From a virus (Duplodnaviria; Caudoviricetes), in the IMG/VR virus record IMGVR_UViG_3300048670_001567, positions 1 through 64,000 of that record: DNA of 64,000 bases. The stretch is one strand, 5' to 3'. The translations under genes and the position numbers were made by a program. Below are positions 49,328 through 59,767 of this stretch, piece by piece. Position 1 is the stretch's first letter. Each line of letters starts with the position of its first letter. The notes beneath the pieces are model-generated. The model was not told the DNA's origin. It made no database searches and was given only the letters and a program-made list of their open reading frames with translations.

Positions 49328-50780
49328 AATTCATCGGCCACCGTTGAGTTTGGCTATTCTTAGTAGCATATGCGATAGCGAAGGCGTTGATTATAGTTGT
49401 TTGGACTTTAGTTTATTAATTTGGCAAAAGTTACCAGATGATTTTACGAATATTGATAATTTTTGTATAACCAGACGAATTGACAGCAAGGTAAAGGACC
49501 GCCTTCAACAGTTGATTGATGACTCGGTTCTAAAGATTCTATCACTACATCCCTCTGCAACATTTGCACTAAGTCTGCTCAGTGTATGGAGCCAACCGGT
49601 TACTGAGATGGTCTGCAAGAGTATAAAAAAATTTAGTAATAATGAAGTTTTAATAGGTGGGCAGGGACTAAGTACCGAGTCATGGACTAATGAAATGGTG
49701 CGCCAAGGGCTAGTAGATTGTTACATAGTTGGGGAAGGAGAAATTTCATTTCGACGGTATCTCAAAGGTGATAGAAATTCTCCCGGAATTAATAATTATA
49801 ACTTTGAGCAGATTGATGATTTGGATCAACATTGTGTAATTCCCAATTATAGTAAATTGCCATTAACTCAATACCCTTGGCTAGATGATGAGCCGAGTCT
49901 GTTTATTACGGCCAGTCGTGGATGTGTGCGCAAATGTGGTTATTGCGATGTCGGACATCAGTGGAAAAAATATCGTTATCGTAGTGCACAACACGTGGCA
50001 TTGGAAATGATTACACAATACGAGCGCCACGGCATACAACAATTCTTTTTTACTGATAGTTTAATCAACGGTAGTATGAAAATGTTAAATGAACTATGTG
50101 ACAAGTTAATTGAATATAAGAACAGCAATCCCCACGCTAATTTTCAGTGGAAGGGGCAGTACATTTTTAGACCCAAGGATCAGGTTAAGGAAACGCATAT
50201 TAAAAAAATGGCCGATGCCGGAGTTAAATACCTTATAGTTGGATTGGAAACCGGCAGTGATAGAGTTCGATTTGATATGGATAAAAAACACACAACCGAT
50301 GATGCCGACTGGTTTCTTGAAATGTTTAAAAAATATGGAATCACTTGTCATTTGTTGATGCTGGGCGGGTGGGTAACTGAAACACTTGAAGATCACCGAG
50401 CCACTCTGTCCCTATTTTCTCGTTGGCAAAAATATGTGGCTAGCAAAACTGTTATTGGAATTGAATTGGGTTCGACTTTAATGATATTAGACCACAGTCC
50501 AGTGGGACAACGTGTTGGCGATCTGGAAATCAATTTTATTAATGATAAACCATATCTCTGGCAAAGTGGAGCTAATTCAGAGTTGACTATTGCCGAGCGA
50601 GTTAGGCGTAGAGTCGAAACACATTATGAAGCCATCAAATATCATTGGCCAATTACTCGAGGCCTATATCGGTTAAACACAATCAAAAATAACTTACAAG
50701 AGGCGATAGAACATCTGAGTGCAAACTCAACCGCAACACCTCGACGAAGTTTTGAAATAAAAAAAGAGGCAACATTTTAG
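49293..50780 (+). CDS. B12-binding-type radical SAM protein
   Basis: PPLSLA, IGG, GEGE, SRGCVRKCGYC, GLETGS. Confidence 0.85.
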   Translation: MHICLINLPRYEIHRPPLSLAILSSICDSEGVDYSCLDFSLLIWQKLPDDFTNIDNFCITRRIDSKVKDRLQQLIDDSVLKILSLHPSATFALSLLSVWSQPVTEMVCKSIKKFSNNEVLIGGQGLSTESWTNEMVRQGLVDCYIVGEGEISFRRYLKGDRNSPGINNYNFEQIDDLDQHCVIPNYSKLPLTQYPWLDDEPSLFITASRGCVRKCGYCDVGHQWKKYRYRSAQHVALEMITQYERHGIQQFFFTDSLINGSMKMLNELCDKLIEYKNSNPHANFQWKGQYIFRPKDQVKETHIKKMADAGVKYLIVGLETGSDRVRFDMDKKHTTDDADWFLEMFKKYGITCHLLMLGGWVTETLEDHRATLSLFSRWQKYVASKTVIGIELGSTLMILDHSPVGQRVGDLEINFINDKPYLWQSGANSELTIAERVRRRVETHYEAIKYHWPITRGLYRLNTIKNNLQEAIEHLSANSTATPRRSFEIKKEATF

Positions 50781-50849
50781 GGTGCCTCTTAAACAACTCG
50801 CCTAGGGTTCAATCTTTGACGAGTTGGATAAACTTGTTAACCGTAATTT

Positions 50850-51695
50850 TTATGCAACCTTCATACAGGTGCTGCTGGCCAGGGCCTGCCACTTGGTGGG
50901 AAAGCTCTTGTAGAGCTGCGCAATCTTGACAGCCATGCGCAGGCTGATCTCACGCAGACGCTCCTGATTGGTTTCCATGAAACTGATGACTTCGTCCTGA
51001 GCAACTGCACTCAGGTCCTGATCTTCAAAAAGTTCACCAGTGCGAGCAATCTGGCGAATACGCAACAACTTGTCGCGAGTGGTATCCAGAGTCAGATCCA
51101 GATAGTGACAGCGGCTCTGCAAGGCATCCAGGTGATCCCTGAGCTTGGCATTCTTGATCTGATCAAACTTGAGATTGGTGATGAAGATTACCGAACCTTT
51201 GAAATCAAACTGATTGGGCACGCCTTCACGACGCAGCATGTGGCTGTCACTGAGCCAGCTGATGCGGCGCTTCTTGCCCGAGTCCAGGGCACCTTTCAGC
51301 AGGTTCAGACACAGCTCGTCCATGAGGATGCTGTCACAGTCATCAAACACCACCACCGAATTGGCATCACTGTACTTGTACAGAGTGCTGTAAAGTCCCA
51401 GAGCAGTGCTGGCGCCCTTGATGACTTCGGCGCGCAGACGCTTGCCAGCCACCTGATCAAACAACACTGCCTTGTCAATGATACGTTCAACGCCAAAACT
51501 CTTGCCCACGCCCGGGGGGCCTGAAACGATCATGGCACGAATCTCACCATTGGTGGCAGCCTTGGTCATGACATCTAGAATTTCAAAACGTTCAGCAATG
51601 CGCTGCATGACCTGCTCATCGGTTTCGACCGCAGCAGTGACCTGCGATTTGGCGGTGAACGGGACAACCGAGTTCTTACGGGTGGTGGTCTTCAT
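50850..51695 (-). CDS. P-loop/AAA+ ATPase
   Basis: GPPGVGKS, VVVFDDCD, FITN, SRC. Confidence 0.8.
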   Translation of the reverse strand: MKTTTRKNSVVPFTAKSQVTAAVETDEQVMQRIAERFEILDVMTKAATNGEIRAMIVSGPPGVGKSFGVERIIDKAVLFDQVAGKRLRAEVIKGASTALGLYSTLYKYSDANSVVVFDDCDSILMDELCLNLLKGALDSGKKRRISWLSDSHMLRREGVPNQFDFKGSVIFITNLKFDQIKNAKLRDHLDALQSRCHYLDLTLDTTRDKLLRIRQIARTGELFEDQDLSAVAQDEVISFMETNQERLREISLRMAVKIAQLYKSFPTKWQALASSTCMKVA

Positions 51696-51742
51696 GGTCT
51701 GTGCTCCTGAAAGATTGTTGTGGTCGGTGCTGCAGTTTCAGT

Positions 51743-51771
51743 ATTATATGCGATGCTGCTGGATTTGTCAA
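51743..51771 (-). promoter_or_regulatory. Consensus sigma70 early promoter
   Basis: TTGACA-N17-TATAAT. Confidence 0.85.
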
Positions 51772-51777
51772 CCGGTA

Positions 51778-52119
51778 TCAGGCCACCAGCCAGTGTTGAT
51801 CCAATTCCAGACGCAGAGTTTCTGAGCCATCATATTCGTCGATTTGGAATCGGGTACCGCGCGGCACCCAATGTATGGTCAGACCATCGGCCCCGTCGTA
51901 ATAGTCTTCTCCGTAGGTTTTATCACAGTAAGATACGATGTCATCAGCCGATGCTTTATTCAGGACCATGTGCACAACCTGAGGATCGTACACCAGTTGC
52001 TCTACCTGATGCCAGGTATACCAGCCAGCACCATGGCCATGAGACAACAGTACTGCCACCCGACCTTGAGGGTCATAGGCACGATTTGCAATGATTTCCA
52101 GACTGTGTACAGCCATCAT
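51778..52119 (-). CDS. Hypothetical protein
   Basis: GHGAGW...EYDGSE phage motif. Confidence 0.7.
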   Translation of the reverse strand: MMAVHSLEIIANRAYDPQGRVAVLLSHGHGAGWYTWHQVEQLVYDPQVVHMVLNKASADDIVSYCDKTYGEDYYDGADGLTIHWVPRGTRFQIDEYDGSETLRLELDQHWLVA

Positions 52120-52139
52120 GGACTCCTATTGTGGCAGGG

Positions 52140-52535
52140 TTAGGCCGCTGCGGCCAGCAGTTGATCAGCAATTGCAGCCGATGCCCTGGCTTCCTGAATA
52201 TAGCCAAAACGCAGACCCAGTCGGAACTCCAGGTACTCGTCGTCACCCCGACTGTCATAAGTGTCGTGCAGCCAACGCAAAGCCATTTCAAAATCCCTAG
52301 CACCCAAGTGCTGGAGGCCGGCGATACGGCATTGGAAGTCATGCTCGGCTGCCTTTTGCGATTCACGCTCCAGCTCGCAGTTGCGCTCCATGGTGCCCAA
52401 CATGCTGTCCCACAGGGCCTGTTTCTGATCACCGTTGAATGCGGCCCAGGCACTCCAGAAGTTGGCCTGGGGTCGGAAGCCATAGGCATCCTTGTGCAGG
52501 TCGCTGACGGTGTCTTCGTCGAAAGTGTAGGTCAT
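52140..52535 (-). CDS. Hypothetical early protein
   Basis: SDLHKDAYGFRP motif; AGGAG RBS. Confidence 0.7.
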   Translation of the reverse strand: MTYTFDEDTVSDLHKDAYGFRPQANFWSAWAAFNGDQKQALWDSMLGTMERNCELERESQKAAEHDFQCRIAGLQHLGARDFEMALRWLHDTYDSRGDDEYLEFRLGLRFGYIQEARASAAIADQLLAAAA

Positions 52536-52568
52536 TTGATGTTGCTCCTGGTTGTTCACTGTATGGCC

Positions 52569-52597
52569 ATTATACGACCTTGACAAGAATTTGTCAA
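52569..52597 (-). promoter_or_regulatory. Consensus sigma70 early promoter
   Basis: TTGACA-N17-TATAAT. Confidence 0.85.
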
Positions 52598-52610
52598 CCA
52601 AAATCAGACG

Positions 52611-52985
52611 TCAATTGGGATTATCAAATTCCCAGTCATGATTGAACACTGTGATGTCTGTTCGATCAGCTAACTCATCCATGGTGTTCCCAATGGCCCG
52701 ATCAGTCAGCGCATGATGCAACGCAGCCATTTCATCGTCAGTGATGTGACTGGGTTCCAACCGTCCGTCAAACACTGCTCGAATATACAATTTACGTTCA
52801 TCAGAAAAGAGATCAGGAGCCCCTAAGAAAATATCATTATCGCTGCCACCGACCACCGTATCACAGATCGACGAATTCATCGAATGTACCTCCCAATAAG
52901 AATACCCAGAACCAACAGCAGCACAATCAACCCAATCAGACTCATCGGTTGTTCTCCATAAAAAAACGACAGGCCTCATTTTCAT
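52611..52985 (-). CDS. Hypothetical protein (true start probably ~52881)
   Basis: Run of small ORFs linked by CGATGA overlaps. Confidence 0.5.
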   Translation of the reverse strand: MKMRPVVFLWRTTDESDWVDCAAVGSGYSYWEVHSMNSSICDTVVGGSDNDIFLGAPDLFSDERKLYIRAVFDGRLEPSHITDDEMAALHHALTDRAIGNTMDELADRTDITVFNHDWEFDNPN

Positions 52986-53266
52986 CCGGCCAAAAATGTT
53001 TGACTTGCCCGTTGACCTGGTACTCCAGATACTCCTGAATAACCTGATAGATGGTCACGCTGCGTTCGCGAGCCATTTGTTGCAGGATACCATTGGCGTA
53101 GTCAGATTCCATTATGCCTCCTCAAATGCTATTTGGTTGCTCAACTCACGTAACCAACTGTTTACATCCAGTACCCAGGCATCACTATCCAGCCATTCCT
53201 GGTGTTGTTGTTCCTGACAGGCAATTTCTGCTGCGGCATCAGAATGATCTAACATACAACGTCTCC

Positions 53267-53656
53267 TTAAGCAGTCACAATATAACCACGGTTCCAGCGG
53301 CCAATGTTGACATCCACATACCAACCCTTGTCAAAGTAATCGGTTTGGATGTCACTGTTGTCCCAGTTGCCGATATTCAGGGCGTCAATCAGTTCAGCCA
53401 GGGCCTCACGGGCCTCGCCTGCAAAATGATTGCGATAGTGGTAGACATTGACGTCCAGGTTGGTGGGGCGTTGAGCCCAGGTGCGGCCCATAGTCTCCTG
53501 ATTGTTGCCGATGAAGTCGATCTTGCCGCTGTTGATGGTCAGTGTCACAGTGCTGTGATTGCGCACACTGATGCTGCCTTTGAGACCGTGCTTCTTGAGA
53601 ATGGCCTTGACCTGGGGGGCGATTTGGGCCTTGCGTTCTTGACTAAAGTATGCCAT
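53267..53656 (-). CDS. Hypothetical early protein
   Basis: DNSDIQTDYFD.GWY motif; TTGACT-N17-TATAAT promoter at 53691-53719. Confidence 0.75.
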   Translation of the reverse strand: MAYFSQERKAQIAPQVKAILKKHGLKGSISVRNHSTVTLTINSGKIDFIGNNQETMGRTWAQRPTNLDVNVYHYRNHFAGEAREALAELIDALNIGNWDNSDIQTDYFDKGWYVDVNIGRWNRGYIVTA

Positions 53657-53738
53657 GGTCGCTGCTCCTGTATCGTTACGTTATGTAGCTATTATACGAC
53701 CTGTGCACCAAAAAGTCAACCAGAATTTATTCTGCCAT

Positions 53739-54185
53739 CTATGTTTTCTTTAACGCCCAGCCCAGTTGACGAAAGTCGGCAGCAATTTCATCAGTGACTG
53801 TGCCCTCAGGAACAAATTTGTGTTGCTTCATAAATTTCTCCGCTGCTTCAGCATCATAGTCTGCTATGCCGCCCATGCCTGAACAATACCAGTCCATGTA
53901 ATCACCTTCCTGCCTCATGCCGGCCACTATGCCACCAGCATGCCGCCAGCTGCAACTCCAGGTCTGATCTTTCAATATCTCCAGGATCTCCAACTTTTGC
54001 CACTTGGTATTGCATAAAGCAGCATAGACGTTTTGTGCATAGTCCTGGCGTGCGCATGCTTTGGCCAGAATCCAATCAGTGTTTAATAGATCTGACTCCA
54101 GACCGGGGTTTACAGGTTCCGTGTCTGATGACATCTGATCTGGAAAATTTTTTCCGAGGTCACCCAAGTAATCCTGATCGGACAT
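53739..54185 (-). CDS. Hypothetical protein
   Basis: YAALCN, WSCSWR, DYMDWYCSG. Confidence 0.7.
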   Translation of the reverse strand: MSDQDYLGDLGKNFPDQMSSDTEPVNPGLESDLLNTDWILAKACARQDYAQNVYAALCNTKWQKLEILEILKDQTWSCSWRHAGGIVAGMRQEGDYMDWYCSGMGGIADYDAEAAEKFMKQHKFVPEGTVTDEIAADFRQLGWALKKT

Positions 54186-54196
54186 TCAGATCACTG

Positions 54197-54382
54197 TTAG
54201 GAAAAAAGCAGTCCCAGGGCAACAAACAAACAAACCACTGCAATGGCCATCTGAAATGCGCTGACTTCTCGTTCAATCAATTCTTCGTAATGTTCCAAAT
54301 CTTCCTGACGCTTTTGCTGAATCTTAATCATGTCCATTTTCACCGTCTCCTTTGGAGTTAAATTGCTGCTCACCTCGAACAA
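54197..54382 (-). CDS. Small membrane protein
   Basis: C-terminal TM. Confidence 0.5.
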   Translation of the reverse strand: MFEVSSNLTPKETVKMDMIKIQQKRQEDLEHYEELIEREVSAFQMAIAVVCLFVALGLLFS

Positions 54383-54542
54383 CCTCTGCTGCTATCTGCT
54401 GTGCCGTGAATGGAAATAAATCAGGAAACACGGCGTGTATAAAACTACTTATACTGGCTATAAGAAATTTAAAACCCATGTTTGCAGCATAATAGAAATG
54501 TTGCCAGTAACCAATTTTTCTTAGTTTTAAATGTTTAAACAT
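54324..54542 (-). CDS. Small membrane protein
   Basis: HL...GYWQHF...IHAVFP. Confidence 0.6.
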   Translation of the reverse strand: MFKHLKLRKIGYWQHFYYAANMGFKFLIASISSFIHAVFPDLFPFTAQQIAAEVVRGEQQFNSKGDGENGHD

Positions 54543-55347
54543 CAAATCCCTCGCTGGGATCAAACTCATCAGGACGACTTTCGTGCCCCACGTATCCACG
54601 GGGATTGCACATGACACGAGTGTCGCCGATGATATAATCAAATGGATCATGAGTGTGTCCGTGCACCCAATACCGAATCTGTGGATGATCCAGGATCAGA
54701 TCACTAAGATCGCTGCGATACCCACCGCACATATAAAGATCATTGCAATAAGGAGGCGCAATGCTGAGATCGCTGGGAGCATGGTGTGTGATGACCACTA
54801 CTTTTCGATCCTGGTGTTCAGACAATTGCCCCCCAAGCCAGTCCTTGGTCTGCTGATGAATTTTGGCAGTATCGCGAGGATGCAATTTTCTATAACCACC
54901 GCCGTCCCAGGTAATGACTCGGTAATCATTCATACCGGACTTCAAAGTTTCCATGGTCACAGGACACCCACGATTACAGTCAGTCCACATGGTGGCACCC
55001 AGAAATACCACATCGTCGATGATGACAGTGTCTTGTTCCAGCAGCTGAACCTTTTCCGGCAGGCAGGTCCTGAGCTCACGGGCAGTCCGGTTCAATTTGC
55101 CGTGGTAGTGCTCGTGGTTGCCCATGACATACAGCACGTGCTGATACTTTGTGCATTCTTCCCAGAAAAAACGTGCTGCGCGGTCTGGGCAACGGCCGCT
55201 GGGGTCTTTGAGGGTGTCAGGGGTGTATGGGTGCTTGGCCAAGGTACGACTTTCACAGGCATCACCCGCAATGATCAGAACTTCTCCGCCAGGCAGTTCC
55301 AAATCGCCAAATTCCAAATGAAGATCTGATATTAAATTGACTTTCAT
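54535..55347 (-). CDS. Metallophosphoesterase
   Basis: SDLH, AGD, GNHE, THH, HGHTH. Confidence 0.9.
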   Translation of the reverse strand: MKVNLISDLHLEFGDLELPGGEVLIIAGDACESRTLAKHPYTPDTLKDPSGRCPDRAARFFWEECTKYQHVLYVMGNHEHYHGKLNRTARELRTCLPEKVQLLEQDTVIIDDVVFLGATMWTDCNRGCPVTMETLKSGMNDYRVITWDGGGYRKLHPRDTAKIHQQTKDWLGGQLSEHQDRKVVVITHHAPSDLSIAPPYCNDLYMCGGYRSDLSDLILDHPQIRYWVHGHTHDPFDYIIGDTRVMCNPRGYVGHESRPDEFDPSEGFDV

Positions 55348-55400
55348 GTGATTGATCTGTTTTTATCCAGGTTATACCAGATAATATAGCATGAAATTAT

Positions 55401-56153
55401 TCAGACAGTCAAATTTTGATCAGATATTTCAAAAATCCAGCGTTCAAAAATATTATCGTCAGCGTAATCTAGAGTTATCCAGCAATAGCCACCGGCTCCC
55501 CAGAAAATGCCATAACTGTTCTTGGCCAGAAACAATTTTTTATCCAGGTCATAACCCACCAGTACCATGGCATGATCTCCCTCTGACTCGGTGTTGGCGT
55601 CGGGCAAAGAAATTGTTGCATTGTTGGCTCTTAGATTTTCAAATCCTGGGTATATACTCATGCCTATGACCACTGGCAGATTCTGATTGAGTGCATCCAA
55701 GGTGTCTGCGTTATCATTCAGTCTTTGATAATTGGTAATGGATCTGGTGTCAGCTTCCCGATAGCAGTCATCAGTGGGTCGCACATTGACCAGATCACGC
55801 TGATAGGGCCACAACTCTTCTTTACAAACACCATATTGCTGCAGGCTTTTTAATGCACTTCTCAGTGTGGTTATTCCTGCATCTGTTGTTTCTGATCCTT
55901 CCAGTAGTCTGGCATTGTAATAAACAAACAATCTGCTCAGTTCAACAAACTGATCGGGATACCTTTGTTTTACCTGCAATTCATAACTGTTGGTGATGGC
56001 ATTGCCCGAGCAACTGCCCAACAGATGCTGATCTTCTATCAGAGAATCCCAGGATCTCAGATCTACTGATTTTCTGAGATCTTTACCCGTTTTCTGATAG
56101 ATGTGATCACGACCATCAGGCCGACTCTGACCGATGGGAAAATCATTCAGCAT
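55401..56153 (-). CDS. Papain-like cysteine peptidase (C1A)
   Basis: Q...GSC, SRLFVYY, HAMVLVGY, KNSYG..WG..GY. Confidence 0.9.
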   Translation of the reverse strand: MLNDFPIGQSRPDGRDHIYQKTGKDLRKSVDLRSWDSLIEDQHLLGSCSGNAITNSYELQVKQRYPDQFVELSRLFVYYNARLLEGSETTDAGITTLRSALKSLQQYGVCKEELWPYQRDLVNVRPTDDCYREADTRSITNYQRLNDNADTLDALNQNLPVVIGMSIYPGFENLRANNATISLPDANTESEGDHAMVLVGYDLDKKLFLAKNSYGIFWGAGGYCWITLDYADDNIFERWIFEISDQNLTV

Positions 56154-56709
56154 TGTTGTTCCTGGTGCCACGTATTTCTTCTATCTTTCGAAGCAGAGAC
56201 GGCAGTATACCTGTAGGCTCGGGCTCTGCCGCTCGGGCTTCTTTCATATAATCCATCAACTCCTGCACTGTGGGTGTGGGGGTAACTGTTGACGTTGTAT
56301 CCGCTACTTCAACGTTGACAGTTTCCCTGACGTTGGCATCCATAGGTTCAGTAAATTCAATACTTTCCACAGCAACATCAGATTCAGGCTCTACAACAAC
56401 AATATCTGGAGAAATGTCAGTATCAGATTTTACTGGTTCAGTGTTTGGTGGTTTTAACTCCTTTGTTGATGATTGACTCAGAAACTCCAGAAGTTTCTGA
56501 GCTCGAGCAATGATGTCATTTTCGTTAGGGTAGGGTGGAATTGGTGGATATGCCAGACGGACACGGCGTGTGCGCCAGAGTTCGTTGGATTCCACCAGCC
56601 ACTGATTGTGCATTTCTGCTCGACGATCTGTGTGCTCGTTAATCACCAGTTCACGAGCCATGCGTAATATTTCCAAACTGTTAGAATCGAACTCAGGCAT
56701 CATGCTCAC
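56143..56709 (-). CDS. Hypothetical protein, paralog of 60244..60675
   Basis: EILRMARE...W......W......YPPIPPYP.E.DIIARA. Confidence 0.75.
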   Translation of the reverse strand: MSMMPEFDSNSLEILRMARELVINEHTDRRAEMHNQWLVESNELWRTRRVRLAYPPIPPYPNENDIIARAQKLLEFLSQSSTKELKPPNTEPVKSDTDISPDIVVVEPESDVAVESIEFTEPMDANVRETVNVEVADTTSTVTPTPTVQELMDYMKEARAAEPEPTGILPSLLRKIEEIRGTRNNNAE

Positions 56710-57419
56710 CCAAAGATTGGATTGTCAAATCTGGTGGGCCTCAGAGATATAATTCCTCGGGCCAGGACTTCTGATAGGCCCAGATCAGGAGGATTTCCTG
56801 ATATCAGATATTCTGACGCTCTGCGTAGACCGTCACTGTCCAGGGACCAATTTTTGGCCATTCGGGCCTGAGTCTGGTCAACAATTGCTCCAGCGATTGC
56901 TGTCAATAAATCCATTACAGACTGCTGTGGCCATTGATTGGGAGCCAGATCATACAGGGCTTTAGATAAAGAGCCGATTTGATTTCTCAATTCAGTTTGT
57001 GCCATGGATACATCTTTATTTTCCACCAGACTATCAATCACTGCAACCAGACGATTGGTCAGATTGGAAAATTCTGTGCCTATTCCTTGAGCATCTGCCG
57101 ACAAAAAAAACGGACTAACCAAGGGCATGAGTTTCGTCAGATTCTGATCGATTAATTTTCTAGCATCAACAGTAGCAGCAGCATCGCCAGAAATTTTGTT
57201 GACAATATAATTTCTCAGGTATGTCAAATAGTTGCTAAAATAATCCTTGGACATCATTCTCAGGGCCACTGCAGCAGGATTATATTCTATATTGCTGAAG
57301 GCGCCAGCCATTATGCGTTGTCCCTGAGTCATGGTGTTGCCACACTGCATTGCTGCAGTTGCTATTGCGGGGTGATCGTAATGTTCTTCTACAATATTGT
57401 GTGTAATTTTTTTGTACAT
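56706..57419 (-). CDS. Helical protein, paralog of 60925..61629
   Basis: MYKKITHNIVEEH; P.QWP; ARGII. Confidence 0.75.
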   Translation of the reverse strand: MYKKITHNIVEEHYDHPAIATAAMQCGNTMTQGQRIMAGAFSNIEYNPAAVALRMMSKDYFSNYLTYLRNYIVNKISGDAAATVDARKLIDQNLTKLMPLVSPFFLSADAQGIGTEFSNLTNRLVAVIDSLVENKDVSMAQTELRNQIGSLSKALYDLAPNQWPQQSVMDLLTAIAGAIVDQTQARMAKNWSLDSDGLRRASEYLISGNPPDLGLSEVLARGIISLRPTRFDNPIFG

Positions 57420-57436
57420 TTTAAATTCTCCTTGTG

Positions 57437-58048
57437 TTAAGTTTGACTCATGTAAGTTACTGTGCCCACCAGAATGGTTCCAACTTTGACATCATCTATG
57501 ACAAGATTGGTCAAACTCTGGCCAGGGTTCTGCTGATACCACATGGTGGCCGAAGTGCTGGCAGATATAACAGTGCCGCCCAGGTAATTGACATTTTTAT
57601 CAAAGTCTTTGTAGTAGGAAATCAGAACCGATCCCACTGCACCAGTGTCGGTGATGCTGGTGAATGGCAGTCCGGTCAGTACTATTGGCTTATCAGAACC
57701 GCCTGTGATGGCAGTGATTTTAATGTCAAAAGTGCAAGTAACCAATTGACCAATTTTTGTGTATTTGGCATTACGTGTGCTGATGGTGATGCTGCCGGTG
57801 GGGCTGGGCACCAATGCAGGTGTCCAGGTGCCAAAGGCATAACTGGGACCACCACCGCCACCATTGGCACTGATGGTACCATCGGGGGTGACTGATATGT
57901 TGGCACCAATCTTGACCACACCCAGGGTAGTGGTGGTGGCTATTTCAGCATCCAGCACCACAGGTGCTATGGCCTGCGTGGGTGGCAAGGGAGTCTGTTT
58001 CAATCCCTGTCCTGCTCGGGTCACTGCTGGTGGTCTGGTGTATGCCAT
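57437..58048 (-). CDS. Short fibre-like protein
   Basis: ATTTTLGVVKIGANISV.DG fibre repeat; GTWTP...YTKIG.LV...GLPF fibre-tip motif. Confidence 0.65.
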   Translation of the reverse strand: MAYTRPPAVTRAGQGLKQTPLPPTQAIAPVVLDAEIATTTTLGVVKIGANISVTPDGTISANGGGGGPSYAFGTWTPALVPSPTGSITISTRNAKYTKIGQLVTCTFDIKITAITGGSDKPIVLTGLPFTSITDTGAVGSVLISYYKDFDKNVNYLGGTVISASTSATMWYQQNPGQSLTNLVIDDVKVGTILVGTVTYMSQT

Positions 58049-58057
58049 GATTTTTCC

Positions 58058-58669
58058 TTAGACTGCGTTCCAGTTGGTGCCACGGAAGATCAGTGTCACA
58101 CTGCCATCAGTGTCGGCAATGATGGCATAACTGCTGGTGTTTTCAATGGTTTCAGCACCATTGGGCACAATGGTGATGTTGCCAGTGTTGGTGACTTCAC
58201 TCTTGATGATATAGGTGTTGCCGGCTCCGCCCACTGGCAAATTGATGGTCACCGCAGCGTTGGCTCTGACACCAATATAATAGTCGGATGCCAGGGCAGT
58301 GTAGGGACTGTCGGCCTGACTGATCAACCGGGTGGCCACATTGGGGCTGGCTGATGCTGCTATGGTCAGACTGGGCGCAACACCGGTGATGGTGATGTTA
58401 TCGCCAGCTGTCAGCGAGGTGATGACTCGATTGCCGTTGTCCAACACCTGCCCACCACTGATGTTACCCAGAGCAACTATGTCATTGATGACATTTATGG
58501 TGTTGCCCACAAACAGATCAAAAGTGGATGAAATATTACCAAATGTCACATTGGCAGTGGTGGAAATATCTTGTGGTATATCAACAACACCAGTGGTGAC
58601 ACTGATGTTGGCTCCTACTTCTACTACGCCATACCGGGTTTTTGATGCCAAGGGTGAATTATATGCCAT
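58058..58669 (-). CDS. Short fibre-like protein
   Basis: MAYNSP..YGVVEVGANISV; C-terminal domain shared with 59768..60247. Confidence 0.65.
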   Translation of the reverse strand: MAYNSPLASKTRYGVVEVGANISVTTGVVDIPQDISTTANVTFGNISSTFDLFVGNTINVINDIVALGNISGGQVLDNGNRVITSLTAGDNITITGVAPSLTIAASASPNVATRLISQADSPYTALASDYYIGVRANAAVTINLPVGGAGNTYIIKSEVTNTGNITIVPNGAETIENTSSYAIIADTDGSVTLIFRGTNWNAV

Positions 58670-58672
58670 TTT

Positions 58673-59200
58673 TTATTTTCCTTTTAATTTAATTTCTAAA
58701 ACAACTTTCTGTGTGTTGGTGCCGTCCTCAGTTTCAGCGGTGGCGCCAGTCGCAGTTTCGGTGTCTGTTTCGGTATCATCGTCACCGCCGATGATTTCTT
58801 CATAGTTTTTCATATTCAAAACATCACCGTCTTCACTGAGATCAATTAAATTTTCAGTAATTTCATGTAATACCACATCAGTGCCAGCATCTTCCTTGGC
58901 ATATTCCAGCAATCTGATCATCAGGGGCACTGTTACCTTGATGGCATTGGATTCATCAGCCAGGACTGGATTGGAGTTACCATTCATGATACCAGCATGT
59001 TGTTGCCAGCCTGCGCACCAGTAGCGTGGTTTGACTCGGGCTGACCATTTGTTACAGTAGTAGGATCTCAGATCAAAATGCTGACAATTGCTGCAAAATT
59101 GGTCGGCAGGAGCATTGCCGTAGACTGCAGGCTGGTAACTGTCGGGCAGTGACTCTGGTATGGGTTGTCCGTTGGGGTAAACTCGGGGTCTGACGTACAT
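58673..59200 (-). CDS. Protein with a 4-Cys HiPIP-like motif and acidic tail
   Basis: CSNCQHF...C...V....WCAGW. Confidence 0.5.
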   Translation of the reverse strand: MYVRPRVYPNGQPIPESLPDSYQPAVYGNAPADQFCSNCQHFDLRSYYCNKWSARVKPRYWCAGWQQHAGIMNGNSNPVLADESNAIKVTVPLMIRLLEYAKEDAGTDVVLHEITENLIDLSEDGDVLNMKNYEEIIGGDDDTETDTETATGATAETEDGTNTQKVVLEIKLKGK

Positions 59201-59211
59201 GATGGTTTCCT

Positions 59212-59766
59212 TTATAATTGTATGATGGTGCATCTTGCGCTGGTGGTCACTGGTCTGACCGGAGCCACTTGGGCAGGGGTACTCAATATTCGCATGGCTG
59301 TGTCGGTGCTCTGCCAGGCCACTTGCGTATTGTCTCCTGCATTAAGTGCCAGAGTAAAGTTCCAGCTGGCCACCAAAACCCCCAATCCCCCAGTAATAGA
59401 AATTTGAGAGTTGGTGTCTGGATAGTTGACACCGTTGCGCACCAACCAGATGTCTGCCAAATCGGTGCCGGCGTCGGTTTTGTCCATCTGCAATACGAAT
59501 TGAAAATTATAGTTGGCAGTTTTACTCACAGTGACCTGTGTGCCAGCCACCAGAGTGATGCCCACGTTAATGGCTGCGTTGTTGAAGCTGACAATATTAA
59601 CAGCACCGGCCACGGGGTTGGTCTGTGTGACCGTGCTGTAAAAATATGCCTGATTCAACAGCGCCACAGGTACCACACTGACTACTCCATCGCTGGAGGT
59701 CAGGTTATTGCCCGGACGCATTACACCGTATTTGACATTTGATGTGATGGGCGCGTTATAGGACAT
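59212..59766 (-). CDS. C1q/BclA-CTD-like beta-sandwich protein
   Basis: AYF..., GITL, V....YNFQF.LQ, W...NG, L.AGD pattern. Confidence 0.55.
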   Translation of the reverse strand: MSYNAPITSNVKYGVMRPGNNLTSSDGVVSVVPVALLNQAYFYSTVTQTNPVAGAVNIVSFNNAAINVGITLVAGTQVTVSKTANYNFQFVLQMDKTDAGTDLADIWLVRNGVNYPDTNSQISITGGLGVLVASWNFTLALNAGDNTQVAWQSTDTAMRILSTPAQVAPVRPVTTSARCTIIQL

Positions 59767-59767
59767 T

